Source: Candidatus Aminicenantales bacterium
Lineage (GTDB): Bacteria > Acidobacteriota > Aminicenantia > Aminicenantales > UBA4085
Assembly (NCBI GenBank): GCA_049515535.1
Contig: JBEKTZ010000011.1
Location: forward strand, 62,001 to 126,000
Direction: 5' to 3'
DNA length: 64,000 bases
In this document: piece by piece, positions 28,401 to 36,369 of the stretch
Position numbering within the stretch: position 1 is the stretch's first letter
How the letters are laid out: the number at the start of each line of letters is the position of its first letter
Notes under the pieces: generated by a model
Database searches by the model: none
The model's input: the letters and a program-made list of their open reading frames with translations, nothing else
Told to the model about the DNA's origin: nothing
Made by a program: the position numbers and the translations under genes

Positions 28401-28943
28401 CTGGTTGAACTTTTCCTTGAGCTCGCGCTGCCATTGAAAGGTTAGATTGGCGGGGCAAACGACTAGAATTTGATCGGCCAGCCCGCGCATCTGGAGTTCT
28501 CGGAGGAGAAGACCGGCCATGATGGTCTTCCCGGCGCCGGCATCATCTGCCAGGAGGAACCGGACGCGAGGCAACTTGAGGAGATAGTCATAAACGGCTT
28601 CAAGCTGATGCGGAAGAGGATCGATCCGGGAAATGGATAGGCCGAAGTAGGGGTCGAATTCATAAGCGATGCCTAGAGAATATGCTTGAAGGCCGAGGCG
28701 GAGTAGTTTGCCATCGCCGTCGTAGGTAAAGACCGAATCTAGGATCATCAGGGAGGCGAGGTCGGTATCGGCGAGGTGCACTTTCCGGTAGCGACTGGAA
28801 TTCAGGCCGACGAGGCCCAGAACCCAGATGTTCTCGTTTTCTCGGCGCACGGTCTCGACACGCATGGGCTCGTCGAAAAGCGGGCCGGAGAGAATCTGGC
28901 CTTCGCGGAGGGTAATCGAGTTAACGGGCATCTTCTGACTCAT
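25491..28943 (-). CDS. SNF2-family helicase with C-terminal DUF3883 nuclease-like domain
   Basis: LADDAGAGKT, DEAH, MTATPH, EGINLQ, QRMGRIHRYGQ; LGYDVTS...RLIEVKG. Confidence 0.92.
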   Translation of the reverse strand: MSQKMPVNSITLREGQILSGPLFDEPMRVETVRRENENIWVLGLVGLNSSRYRKVHLADTDLASLMILDSVFTYDGDGKLLRLGLQAYSLGIAYEFDPYFGLSISRIDPLPHQLEAVYDYLLKLPRVRFLLADDAGAGKTIMAGLLLRELQMRGLADQILVVCPANLTFQWQRELKEKFNQKFIVLKGGDIKEQYGVNQWLEQKKVITSLDLAKRTDILPGLRQVHWDLVIVDEAHRMSWTPPSRKTARYSLGELLRDTTDHLLLMTATPHKGNAENFTLFLQLLDPDVYADVCSIHEAMERHHAPFYLRRTKEAMVFFPERQPDGTWVAKKIFTKRIPITADFKIDGDEDRLYNEITRFVKRQSTKAAAQGDTPRARAVGFLMALYQRRLASSIHAVRCSLENRARRLELGLKKAIALIQVAPPDLPDPEELEEMEEGERQRFEELLEAVTLTENADQVRDEIEELLSLAEQAKNVEDRNIEAKLFKLKSILQEQGFFDNPDQRLLIFTEFKDTLDYLVAKLKTWGFKIGIIHGGMRAGSRDEPGTRLHAEQQFWDGGSQILVATEAAGEGINLQVCHILFNYDIPWNPNRLEQRMGRIHRYGQKKDCLIFNFVATNTIEGSVLRRLLDKLKQIRDALDDDAVFNVIGEILPSAHVERILRDYYAGKLGAADLEDRILQNVDEGRFRAICQNALEGLASKNLNLEMLIERRARAQERRVVPETIARFIREAADTVPIRIKSIENFPHAFEPGKIPNILRRYEQEKDWKLPALANKYPKCSTDRETAESNNLEWVTPGHPLFEAIRRHSYAKAREALSKGACFYSLQHESPVRMDFYRSCIVDGLGDVIHERLFALEIAFDKEPILQEPNVIGNFTPADAPAAPSEITSLPEPSDWLQAHVLQPFLEEVRKERLADLERVAQHIEISLTELIQRADDEIGRACDEVNKGITGAEGRLAQAENRHAELLSRREKRRRELQQQKSLTLQNVERMARILVLPHPEREAPELRRMRPNPETEATAMRVAMEYESSSGRQVFDVHEQNLGYDVTSLDVNSGELRLIEVKGLSEAAGMILLTPNERRVAEDRRDCYYLYVVTNCSTKPTLQEPIKDPARFNWHEVTKVAHYYLAVDAMTRPMKVREEKLKYEETDT

Positions 28944-29030
28944 CGGACTAAATCCCTAAGAGAATCTGGGATCATGATGCTGATGAAAAACTTCATGCTC
29001 CCGTCGTATCCTTATAGGATAGGCCCCTAA

Positions 29031-29150
29031 AAATAGGGATAGGAGTTTCCTTTTCTTCGGCGCGCCGATTTTCCTTCCCGCTAAGCTCGGAATCGGCGCT
29101 CCCATCACGAAACGACTATATCGCCGGCTGCGGCGCGAGTCAAGAACGAG
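29031..29150 (-). ncRNA. Promoter + candidate structured leader RNA L upstream of the defence operon
   Basis: TTGACT(29138-29143)-17-TATAGT(29115-29120); near-identical to 30205-30325. Confidence 0.65.
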
Positions 29151-29168
29151 GGACTCGGCACTACGCAT

Positions 29169-29242
29169 ATTTCGGTGACAGTCAACGCAATACCGAAATT
29201 GCCCTTATTGGAATAAGAATTTAGGTTGAGTTATCTGTCACC
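29169..29242. repeat. Hairpin repeat family H, copy C
   Basis: atttcggtgacagtcaacgca...ggttgagttatctgtcacc. Confidence 0.85.
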
Positions 29243-29271
29243 TTACTATCATCATAGATAATGAAAATTTA

Positions 29272-29733
29272 TTAACATAATTTACTAAATTGAAAATTAA
29301 ACATATAACAATGGATATGATCTTTTTTACATGATTTAATAACATCCCCTAAATGAGGCAAATTTGATGTGGGATATCCTATAGCTATAAATAATGAATG
29401 TATATTATGAGTCTTTATTATTGATTCTAGTTCCGCATACGCACCTAATACTGAGACCGAAAGATTAGTAATGTCCTCGATTGCAACAGTGCCGGCTTTT
29501 TTGGGGTCATCATCGATAAAACCTATAAGGTCTGCATGGCTAAAATCCCAGCTTTTGTATTTGCATTTTTCAATTATCCTTATAGCTAACAACTTCCCGG
29601 CTTTCCCGGCTCCATAAATCAATATTCTCCCTTGTGGAGCCACCATATAGGACTTTTTCATAATATATTCCCAAATAAATAAAACGGCAGCCATGATACA
29701 GACGATTATAATGAAGACGCTAATTAAATCCAT
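29272..29733 (-). CDS. Membrane-anchored CoA-binding-like Rossmann domain protein (CapD/PglF N-terminal type), AT-rich
   Basis: TM helix, ILIYGAGKAG, GFIDDDPKK, VLG..., LFIAI; AGGAGG SD. Confidence 0.7.
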   Translation of the reverse strand: MDLISVFIIIVCIMAAVLFIWEYIMKKSYMVAPQGRILIYGAGKAGKLLAIRIIEKCKYKSWDFSHADLIGFIDDDPKKAGTVAIEDITNLSVSVLGAYAELESIIKTHNIHSLFIAIGYPTSNLPHLGDVIKSCKKDHIHCYMFNFQFSKLC

Positions 29734-29745
29734 GTTTTCCTCCTG

Positions 29746-30165
29746 TTAAAAAGAAAAGAGCTGTGAAAGTAAAAATCTACACATAAATATAGCTATCAAC
29801 CCAAAAATATTAATTAGAAAACGCGAGGTTGCAATTGATTGATAAGATTGTTGGCCGACAGGGGCATGGAGAATTGTTTTTACGAGACGAACACAGACAA
29901 CCCATAATATGAAAAGCAAAAAAACTAAAGTAAAAAGAGGAGCGCTAGCGATACGCTTGGAAGGCAAATTGAGATAATCGCTAGCGAAGGCAAAAATTCC
30001 TAAAAAGGATATAGAAATGATAATCAAATTATGCCCAAAAATATTTCGGTCTCTTCTTATACATTGAAAGATAGGCGAGATTAGTTTAGGCCATGTAATG
30101 GTTAAGAAGGTGGCGCCTAAAGTCGGTAATAGAGATTGGAGCACGATTGGAAATGTTTTAAACAT
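29746..30165 (-). CDS. AT-rich 4-TM hypothetical membrane protein
   Basis: ATG at 30165 with AAGGAG SD; four hydrophobic segments. Confidence 0.65.
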   Translation of the reverse strand: MFKTFPIVLQSLLPTLGATFLTITWPKLISPIFQCIRRDRNIFGHNLIIISISFLGIFAFASDYLNLPSKRIASAPLFTLVFLLFILWVVCVRLVKTILHAPVGQQSYQSIATSRFLINIFGLIAIFMCRFLLSQLFSF

Positions 30166-30204
30166 TTTATGGGACTCCTTCACACACGTGAGATCGTAGC
30201 ATTG

Positions 30205-30325
30205 AAATAGGGATAGGAGTTTCCTTTTCTTCGGCGCGCCGATTTTCCCTCCCGCTAAGCTCGGAATCAACGCTCCCATCACGAAACGACTATATCGCCG
30301 GCTGCGGCGCGATGTCAAGAACGAG
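30205..30325 (-). ncRNA. Promoter + candidate structured leader RNA L upstream of the AT-rich gene pair
   Basis: TTGACA(30313-30318)-18-TATAGT(30289-30294); duplicate of 29031-29150. Confidence 0.65.
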
Positions 30326-30443
30326 AGAATAGGCGCAAATAAGAATTATATATGGGCTTCGGGGCGGCGGAGAAGGCGCTCTTCGCCAAGGGCGGAACCA
30401 TCGTTCACAGCGAGGAGCTCTTCGCCCCTTCTAAGCAGTATAA

Positions 30444-30522
30444 GATGGGGTTAAATTTTCATTCTGCCACTTTCTTCGATGGGAAGAGCATAAAAGTGGC
30501 AGAATGAAGATTTGACTCCGTC
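30444..30522. repeat. Long REP-like inverted repeat
   Basis: gatggggttaaattttcattctgccacttt / aaagtggcagaatgaagatttgactccgtc 30-bp arms. Confidence 0.8.
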
Positions 30523-30530
30523 ATTTTCCC

Positions 30531-30881
30531 TCAGCTTCTCTTCCAGGACAAAATGAGGCCGACAACCCCCTGCCAAAAAAGGGAGGAAAATATCGTCAGC
30601 AGATGCCACTGGTCGCCAAGCCGGTGCCCGTTGATCACGGTCGCCGAGCCGTAATAGATGGCCAGAATGGTCAGGATCATAAGGGCTGCGGTGATGTTAT
30701 TGGTTTTCAGGAAAAGGTGCATTTCGCGCTCATCGGGTTTCCGTTTCCTTGACGCGAAATGGGTCACAACCGGCAGAAGGGCAAAGAAAGCGAATAGGGC
30801 TAAGCCTACTTGTCCAAAAAGCAGGGTGGCCGTTATGACGGCCATGCCGACGAATCCCGTGAATCCGTATCTCCAGATCAT
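30531..30881 (-). CDS. Small membrane protein (DER-motif, DUF2178-like)
   Basis: 4 TM segments with KPDERE motif; coupled to an XRE regulator. Confidence 0.65.
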   Translation of the reverse strand: MIWRYGFTGFVGMAVITATLLFGQVGLALFAFFALLPVVTHFASRKRKPDEREMHLFLKTNNITAALMILTILAIYYGSATVINGHRLGDQWHLLTIFSSLFWQGVVGLILSWKRS

Positions 30882-31102
30882 TTCATTTCCTCCCTTAATA
30901 TGAAGATTTCTTCAACCCGGGCCCCGAAAAAGCGGGCCAGGCGTAACGCCAAGACGACCGACGGGTTGAACTTCCCATGCTCGATAGCCAGGATGGTCTG
31001 TCTCGAAACCCCGAGCGTGTCCGCCAGTTCTTCCTGGGTTATCTGGTCGCGATTGAATCGAAATTCCCTGAGTTTGTTTTCGAGAACATTTTTGTATTCC
31101 AT
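30878..31102 (-). CDS. XRE/Cro helix-turn-helix transcriptional regulator
   Basis: ITQEELADTLGVSRQTILAIEHGKFNPSVVLALRLARFF; palindrome atgtatattaatatatacat upstream (31122-31141). Confidence 0.9.
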   Translation of the reverse strand: MEYKNVLENKLREFRFNRDQITQEELADTLGVSRQTILAIEHGKFNPSVVLALRLARFFGARVEEIFILREEMK

Positions 31103-31362
31103 TTTTAAGGCCTCAAGAACGATGTATATTAATATATACATTATGTCAAGTATTATATACTTTCATTTTTTTCCGAAAATTGTGGATTTGCCTTGACGTT
31201 TGCCGATTTTTTCAATGAGCCCGGACCGAAGCGCCAGAACTTTCTGATCCATCAACGTCCTGTTAGAGTCTGACCGTAGTCCAGTTTCCAAGACGAGGCT
31301 AATCCATCAACGTCCGATCAGAGTATATTGACGATGCTTGTCAATTCCGACATAATTCATGC

Positions 31363-33093
31363 GTGCATCTCCTGAAAAAAGTCTTCCCGCGGGAAGCCCC
31401 CTATCCCTCTCCCCCAGAAAGCGCATCGCACTTTCACATCATCTATTCCTCGCTTAAACAGCGCCTCTCGTCCTCTCCGTCCCTCGTTCTCCTCTTGATC
31501 TTCATTCTGGCCCTCGCTATCCGGGTCTTGTTTCTTTTCCATTATCGGATGATCGAGACGGACGGCGCTTATTATGGAGCCGTCGCCCGTCTTTTCGCCG
31601 ATGGTCATTGGATAAAAGCCTGCGACCCCTACTGGCCTCCGTTGTTTCCCTTTTTGACGATTCTGCCCTATAAATTGGGGCTGTCGCTGGAAGCTTCGGG
31701 AATCGTCATTTCCCTTCTGGCCTCCGCCGGCTGTGTCATCGTCTGCTTTTTCCTGGCCCGGCTGATCGCGGGCGAAAAGGCCGGCCTTCTGGCCGCCGGT
31801 CTGGCGGCCGTTCACCCGCGGCTGGTGAGTATATCCCAGAGCTTCATGACCGAGCCTTTGTATGGGGTCCTTGTCTGCGGCGGGCTTGCTCTGTTCTGCC
31901 ATGCCGTTCAATCCGCTCGCGGACGATCCTTTTTAAAAAACGGAATATTTTTCGCTTTATCCGGCGCCCTCCTCGGCTTGTCGTTCTTGACGCGGCACGA
32001 AGGCGCTTTTTACTTTCTCCTTTTATTGGCGATCGGCGCGCTCGCCATGATCTTCGGACAAGCCCGCGTCAAAGACTCGCCACACCGTTCCCTCGCGCAT
32101 CGCATAGTTCTGCCCTTGTTCATGCTCGCCGGATTCGCGATCGTCTCGTTTCCTTATATCCGGCAAGTGGCCAAGCTCGAAGGACGATGGACGTTGGGAG
32201 AAAAGGCCGAAGCGAACATGTATGTCGCCTACAGGGACGATTATCAAAAGGCCGGGATCTCCGTGAAGCGCTCGGACTACGACTCGATCACCGCGCCGGA
32301 CGAGGCGCGTCAACCCGGAGATTACCGCGTCTTCGAATTCGTTCGAAAAAACCCGCTGAAGATCATCGGGAGAATCGCTCAAATCATCCCCCGGGCCGTC
32401 CTGGATAAAATCCCCAGCTTCATCACATGGCCATATATCCTCCTCGGCCTTTTTGGGCTTTTCTACAGGAAATTCGTCAAGCGCTCTTCGTCTTACGAAA
32501 AGCTCTTCGCTCTCTGCGTCCTTCTCCCGGTCCTGATGTATTCCCCGCTGTTTCTCTATCGGCGCTTTTTTATCGCGACAGCGCCCATTTTCCTGGCATG
32601 GGGAGCGATCGGACTCGACGAGCTCCGCCACCGCTTGAAGCGCGCCCATTTCGCAATCGTCATCATCGTCTGGAGCCTGGTTTCTCTCGGGGCCACGCAT
32701 TTTTCCCTCTCGAACCAGTCCTGGCCGATTCTCTATAAAGATGCCGGATTGTGGCTGAAAGGGCAGAATATCAAACCTCTTGTTCTTTCGGGGAGGAAGC
32801 CGGAGACGAGCTTTTATGCCGGAGCGGAATTCCGGCCGCTCGAGAGCCAAACCATGGAGGAGCTGAAGCCTTTCCTGGCTGAAAAAGGCGTCACCCATCT
32901 TGTGGTCGAAGACTACGTCTTTGCCGATAGCCATCCGAACCTGGCCGGCCTTCTCGATCCTGAAAAAGCGCCTCCATGGCTGCGCCCTGTTTTCTCGGCA
33001 ACCAAAGAAGGCCACCGATTGATTGTTTATGCCTATGCGCCGGCGGATGCGCCGCGGAATTCGTGGGTACACGCCACTCAATCCAGAGATTGA
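31363..33093 (+). CDS. GT-C (ArnT/PMT-2, GT39-like) membrane glycosyltransferase
   Basis: ETDGAYY, YWPPLFP, MTEPLY, LTRHEG; many TM helices; start uncertain. Confidence 0.8.
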   Translation: MHLLKKVFPREAPYPSPPESASHFHIIYSSLKQRLSSSPSLVLLLIFILALAIRVLFLFHYRMIETDGAYYGAVARLFADGHWIKACDPYWPPLFPFLTILPYKLGLSLEASGIVISLLASAGCVIVCFFLARLIAGEKAGLLAAGLAAVHPRLVSISQSFMTEPLYGVLVCGGLALFCHAVQSARGRSFLKNGIFFALSGALLGLSFLTRHEGAFYFLLLLAIGALAMIFGQARVKDSPHRSLAHRIVLPLFMLAGFAIVSFPYIRQVAKLEGRWTLGEKAEANMYVAYRDDYQKAGISVKRSDYDSITAPDEARQPGDYRVFEFVRKNPLKIIGRIAQIIPRAVLDKIPSFITWPYILLGLFGLFYRKFVKRSSSYEKLFALCVLLPVLMYSPLFLYRRFFIATAPIFLAWGAIGLDELRHRLKRAHFAIVIIVWSLVSLGATHFSLSNQSWPILYKDAGLWLKGQNIKPLVLSGRKPETSFYAGAEFRPLESQTMEELKPFLAEKGVTHLVVEDYVFADSHPNLAGLLDPEKAPPWLRPVFSATKEGHRLIVYAYAPADAPRNSWVHATQSRD

Positions 33094-33122
33094 GTGCGCG
33101 TCCCGGAATTCCTGGTAGCGGG

Positions 33123-33224
33123 TCAATCAGAGAAAAGAATCCTGCCGCTGTCAAGTTTATTTAGATATTTACGAGCACTATTGGCTACCTTTTTTATTTC
33201 CCAACTTTTTTTCTGCGAAATCAC
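33123..33224 (-). pseudogene. Truncated RelE/ParE-like toxin
   Basis: GTG-initiated frame VISQKKSWEIKKVANSARKYLNKLD overlaps the antitoxin end and stops after 33 codons. Confidence 0.55.
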
Positions 33225-33459
33225 GCTTTAATTCCTCAAACGAAGTGAACTTCCCACCCTTTATTTCTTTAATGGCCCCTTCAATTTGGGACCATTCGCT
33301 AGCACTAACGCTTACAGCTTCAATTTCTTCTTTTACAAGATTTCTAATGAACTCTCTAATTTTTCCAGTCTTACTGTATCCCCTTTCTACACAAATTGCA
33401 TCAAAGGCCAAATATTCATCTTTGGGCAAGCGCAATGTAATACTTTTTACACCGTTCAC
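33178..33459 (-). CDS. RHH antitoxin (RelB-like)
   Basis: KSITLRLP...GYSKTGKIREFIR; GKFTSFEEL tail; AT-rich. Confidence 0.75.
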   Translation of the reverse strand: MNGVKSITLRLPKDEYLAFDAICVERGYSKTGKIREFIRNLVKEEIEAVSVSASEWSQIEGAIKEIKGGKFTSFEELKRDFAEKKLGNKKGSQ

Positions 33460-33510
33460 CTTAACACCTCACCGTATCGTTACTTTCGGTACCGTAATAA
33501 TTTCGCATTA

Positions 33511-33539
33511 AATATAATGCATTATAATGCATATGTCAA
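33511..33539 (-). promoter_or_regulatory. Promoter with perfect palindromic operator
   Basis: TTGACA-17-TATATT; spacer contains ATGCATTATAATGCAT. Confidence 0.7.
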
Positions 33540-33672
33540 GCATTATTTAAAAATTTCGCAGTTTGAAGGACAAAAAAGATATAATCCCCCCCTCTTGTCA
33601 GAGCGGGGCCATATCGATATAGTAAAAAGGACCGCGAATTTAAGCGCGATAAACCCACGGAAGGAGTGACGG

Positions 33673-34362
33673 ATGATCAGAAAAGCCATCATCTCGGCGA
33701 TCGCGTTTCTCTTCATGACCATCATCGGGCTGAGCGCGCTCGCCCCGTCCCAATCCCAGGATTCCAGCAAGGAAGAATTGAAGCTCCAGCTTCCCAAGCC
33801 GATGTTCATTGGCACGCCGCGGAACATCAAGACGTCGAACCTGGAAGTCATCACCGGCAAGCCCCGCGGCCCGTTCTTCGTGGCCAAGGGGACGAAGATC
33901 CTTTCGTTGAAAAAGCCTGTCATCTCGAGCGACATGCAGCCGGTCATCGGCGAATTGAATTTCATCACGGACGGCGAAAAATCCGGCGAGGACGGCTATT
34001 TCGTCGAGCTCGGCCCCGAGAAACAATGGATCCAGATCGATCTCCAGGGTGAATTCAATCTGAACGCCGTCGTCGTCTGGCATTATCACGCCCAAGCCCG
34101 CGTTTACCGCGACGTCGTCGTCCAGGTTTCGGACGACAAGGATTGCGTCAACGGCGTCACGACGCTCTTCAACAACGACCACGACAACACAACCGGCCTG
34201 GGGATCGGCAAGGACAAGGAATACATCGAGACGAACGAGGGCAAGCTGATCGACCCCAAAGGCTTGAAAGCCCGCTATCTCCGGCTCTTCAGCAACGGGA
34301 ACACGTCGAACGACATGAACCACTACGTCGAGGTGGAGGTTTACGGCACGCCGGCGAAATGA
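33673..34362 (+). CDS. Secreted discoidin/F5-8 type C (galactose-binding-like) domain protein
   Basis: Signal peptide; ITDG, QWIQIDL, ARYLRL, YVEVEVYG. Confidence 0.75.
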   Translation: MIRKAIISAIAFLFMTIIGLSALAPSQSQDSSKEELKLQLPKPMFIGTPRNIKTSNLEVITGKPRGPFFVAKGTKILSLKKPVISSDMQPVIGELNFITDGEKSGEDGYFVELGPEKQWIQIDLQGEFNLNAVVVWHYHAQARVYRDVVVQVSDDKDCVNGVTTLFNNDHDNTTGLGIGKDKEYIETNEGKLIDPKGLKARYLRLFSNGNTSNDMNHYVEVEVYGTPAK

Positions 34363-35909
34363 GCAAGACCGCTTTCCGCGGGCTTTTGTTGATCGTCCTG
34401 TGCGGAGCCGCTCTGCTCCGCGTCCCGGGCCTGAGCCTCAGGCCGATGCATCATGACGAAGCCAACCAGGCCCTGAAGTTCGGCCTGCTCCTCGAAAAAG
34501 GCGAATATCGATACGATAAAGCCGACCATCACGGTCCGACGCTCTATTATCTGACCCTTCCCCTGGCCTGGGCCTCGGCCAAAACGACATTGGCTTCCCT
34601 CGACGAGACGACGCTCAGGCTTTTGCCGGTCCTCTTCGGCCTCGGGCTCATCCCGCTGCTCGTTCTGTTCGGGAAAGACATCGGCCGACCGGCGGTTCTT
34701 TTCGCCGGGCTCTTCGCCGCCCTGTCCCCGGCCTTCGCTTATTACAGCCGGTTCTACATCCAGGAAACGCTGTTCGTTTTCTTCATCGCGGGATTCCTGG
34801 GTTCGCTCTGGCGCTTTATATCCCGGCCGTCGTCGGGTTGGGCCGTCGCCGCGGGCTTTTTCGGCGGCATGATGTTCGCCACGAAGGAAACCTCCGTCGT
34901 CGTCTTCGCGGCCACGGCCGGCGCTTTAGTCTTGACAAACCTTACCGCGAAAAAGGAGGCGATGCCGCCCGCCGCGAACCCGGGAATTCGGGCGCTCCAT
35001 ATCGGGCTCTTCGCGGCCGCGGCCGGCGTGACGGCCGCGTTGTTCTATTCCTCCTTTTTCACGAACCCGAAAGGCGTGGTGGACTCCGTCCTCGCTTTTC
35101 AAACCTATTTCGCGAAAGGCGGGACGCCGGGCCTCCACGGCCACCCCTGGTGGTATTATCTCGGCCTTCTGACACGGGTGAAATCGGGCGGGCTCGCTTG
35201 GAGCGAGGCGCTCGTCCTGGCCCTCGCCTGTCTCGGATTTCTCGCCGCCGCTCTCAAGCGCGATCGTTTCGCGATTTTCATCTCTTTTTACGCGCTCATC
35301 ACGGCCGCCGTTTTTTCGCTCATCCCCTACAAAACGCCATGGAACCTCCTCCCCTTTCACCTCGGATTCGTCATTCTCGCGGGGATCGGGACGGTTTTCA
35401 TGTTCCGGTCGTTGCGGGAAAGATATCAAAAAATCCTGGCCGGGATTTTGCTCGCGATCGGGCTTTTTCAATTGGGATGGCAGAGCTATCAGGCGAATTT
35501 CCGGTATTACGCCGATCCCCGGAATCCTTACGTCTACGCCCAGACGAGCACGGATTATCTGAAGCTCGTCCGCCGCGTGGACGAGATCGCCTCGCTCCAT
35601 CCGGATCATGAACGCATGCCGATCAAGGTCGTCTGCGATCCCAGCGAGACCTGGCCCCTGCCCTGGAGCCTGAGGCGGTTCGAGCGAGTCGGCTATTGGA
35701 CGAATTGGCAGGATTGGCGCGCGGCCGCGAGTTTCGAGGACGCGCCGATCGTCATCGCCTCGCGGGACCAGGCCGAACGGATCCAACCGCTCATCCAGAG
35801 CCGATATCAATCGGAATATTACGGCCTGCGGCCCGACGTGCTGCTCATGATTTTCATCCGAAACGACCTCTGGGACCATCTTTTAAAAAACAAGGCCGCT
35901 TTTGAATAA
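34359..35909 (+). CDS. TIGR03663-type GT-C membrane glycosyltransferase-like protein
   Basis: LRPMHHDEA, HHGPTLYY, YYSRFYIQE, ATKET, PYKTPW; ATGA overlap. Confidence 0.8.
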   Translation: MSKTAFRGLLLIVLCGAALLRVPGLSLRPMHHDEANQALKFGLLLEKGEYRYDKADHHGPTLYYLTLPLAWASAKTTLASLDETTLRLLPVLFGLGLIPLLVLFGKDIGRPAVLFAGLFAALSPAFAYYSRFYIQETLFVFFIAGFLGSLWRFISRPSSGWAVAAGFFGGMMFATKETSVVVFAATAGALVLTNLTAKKEAMPPAANPGIRALHIGLFAAAAGVTAALFYSSFFTNPKGVVDSVLAFQTYFAKGGTPGLHGHPWWYYLGLLTRVKSGGLAWSEALVLALACLGFLAAALKRDRFAIFISFYALITAAVFSLIPYKTPWNLLPFHLGFVILAGIGTVFMFRSLRERYQKILAGILLAIGLFQLGWQSYQANFRYYADPRNPYVYAQTSTDYLKLVRRVDEIASLHPDHERMPIKVVCDPSETWPLPWSLRRFERVGYWTNWQDWRAAASFEDAPIVIASRDQAERIQPLIQSRYQSEYYGLRPDVLLMIFIRNDLWDHLLKNKAAFE

Positions 35910-35975
35910 GGCCCGGTCAGGCTTGACGCGCAAAAACGCAAAACGTATATTAAGAAATAAGAAAAAGGAGGAGCC

Positions 35976-36287
35976 ATGAAAAAAACCTTGACGCTGGGAG
36001 TCCTGTTTGTCTTCGCCCTCATGTTTCTTGCCGCGGCCTGCGCGCCCGGACCGAACGCCTCCGAGAATACGGCCGGCAAGGAAGGCCTCGTCGCCGGTTT
36101 CTGGATGGGCCTGTGGCACGGACTGATCTCGCCCATCACGTTCGTCATTTCCATTTTCGAGAAGAGCGTCCGCATCTACGAAGTTCACAACAACGGCAGC
36201 TGGTATAACTTCGGGTTCGTGCTCGGCGCCGGGCTCTTTTTGGGCGGCGGCATCCTCGGCAACAGAGGCAGAAGGAAAAGATTCTGA
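35976..36287 (+). CDS. Small lipoprotein/membrane protein
   Basis: LAAAC lipobox; GFWMGLWHG, IYEVHNNGSWYNFGF. Confidence 0.75.
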   Translation: MKKTLTLGVLFVFALMFLAAACAPGPNASENTAGKEGLVAGFWMGLWHGLISPITFVISIFEKSVRIYEVHNNGSWYNFGFVLGAGLFLGGGILGNRGRRKRF

Positions 36288-36369
36288 AATTCGGCGGACC
36301 CGCGACCCGCGGGAAAATCGTCCCGAGACAAAAAAGACATAAGAGGCCGCGGAATTCAAAAGGGAGGAT

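Noticed and set aside
29031..29114. Leader L as a fluoride, cobalamin or c-di-GMP riboswitch, hammerhead ribozyme or C4 RNA
   Set aside because: Only superficial motif similarity (GATGG..ACTCCTA; CTTA..GGGA); the diagnostic consensus elements are absent. An Rfam scan is still needed.
28956..29168. 70-aa ORF and the identical N-terminal extension of ORF 29746-30318
   Set aside because: Both are translations of the duplicated promoter/leader; the real start of the second is ATG 30165 with an SD.
14073..29242. Prophage, ICE or composite transposon explanation for the island
   Set aside because: No integrase, transposase, phage or conjugation genes, and no tRNA attachment site.
30350..30445. 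Short GC-rich frame MGFGAAEKALFAKGG...
   Set aside because: Too short, with no SD or recognisable family; at most a gene remnant.
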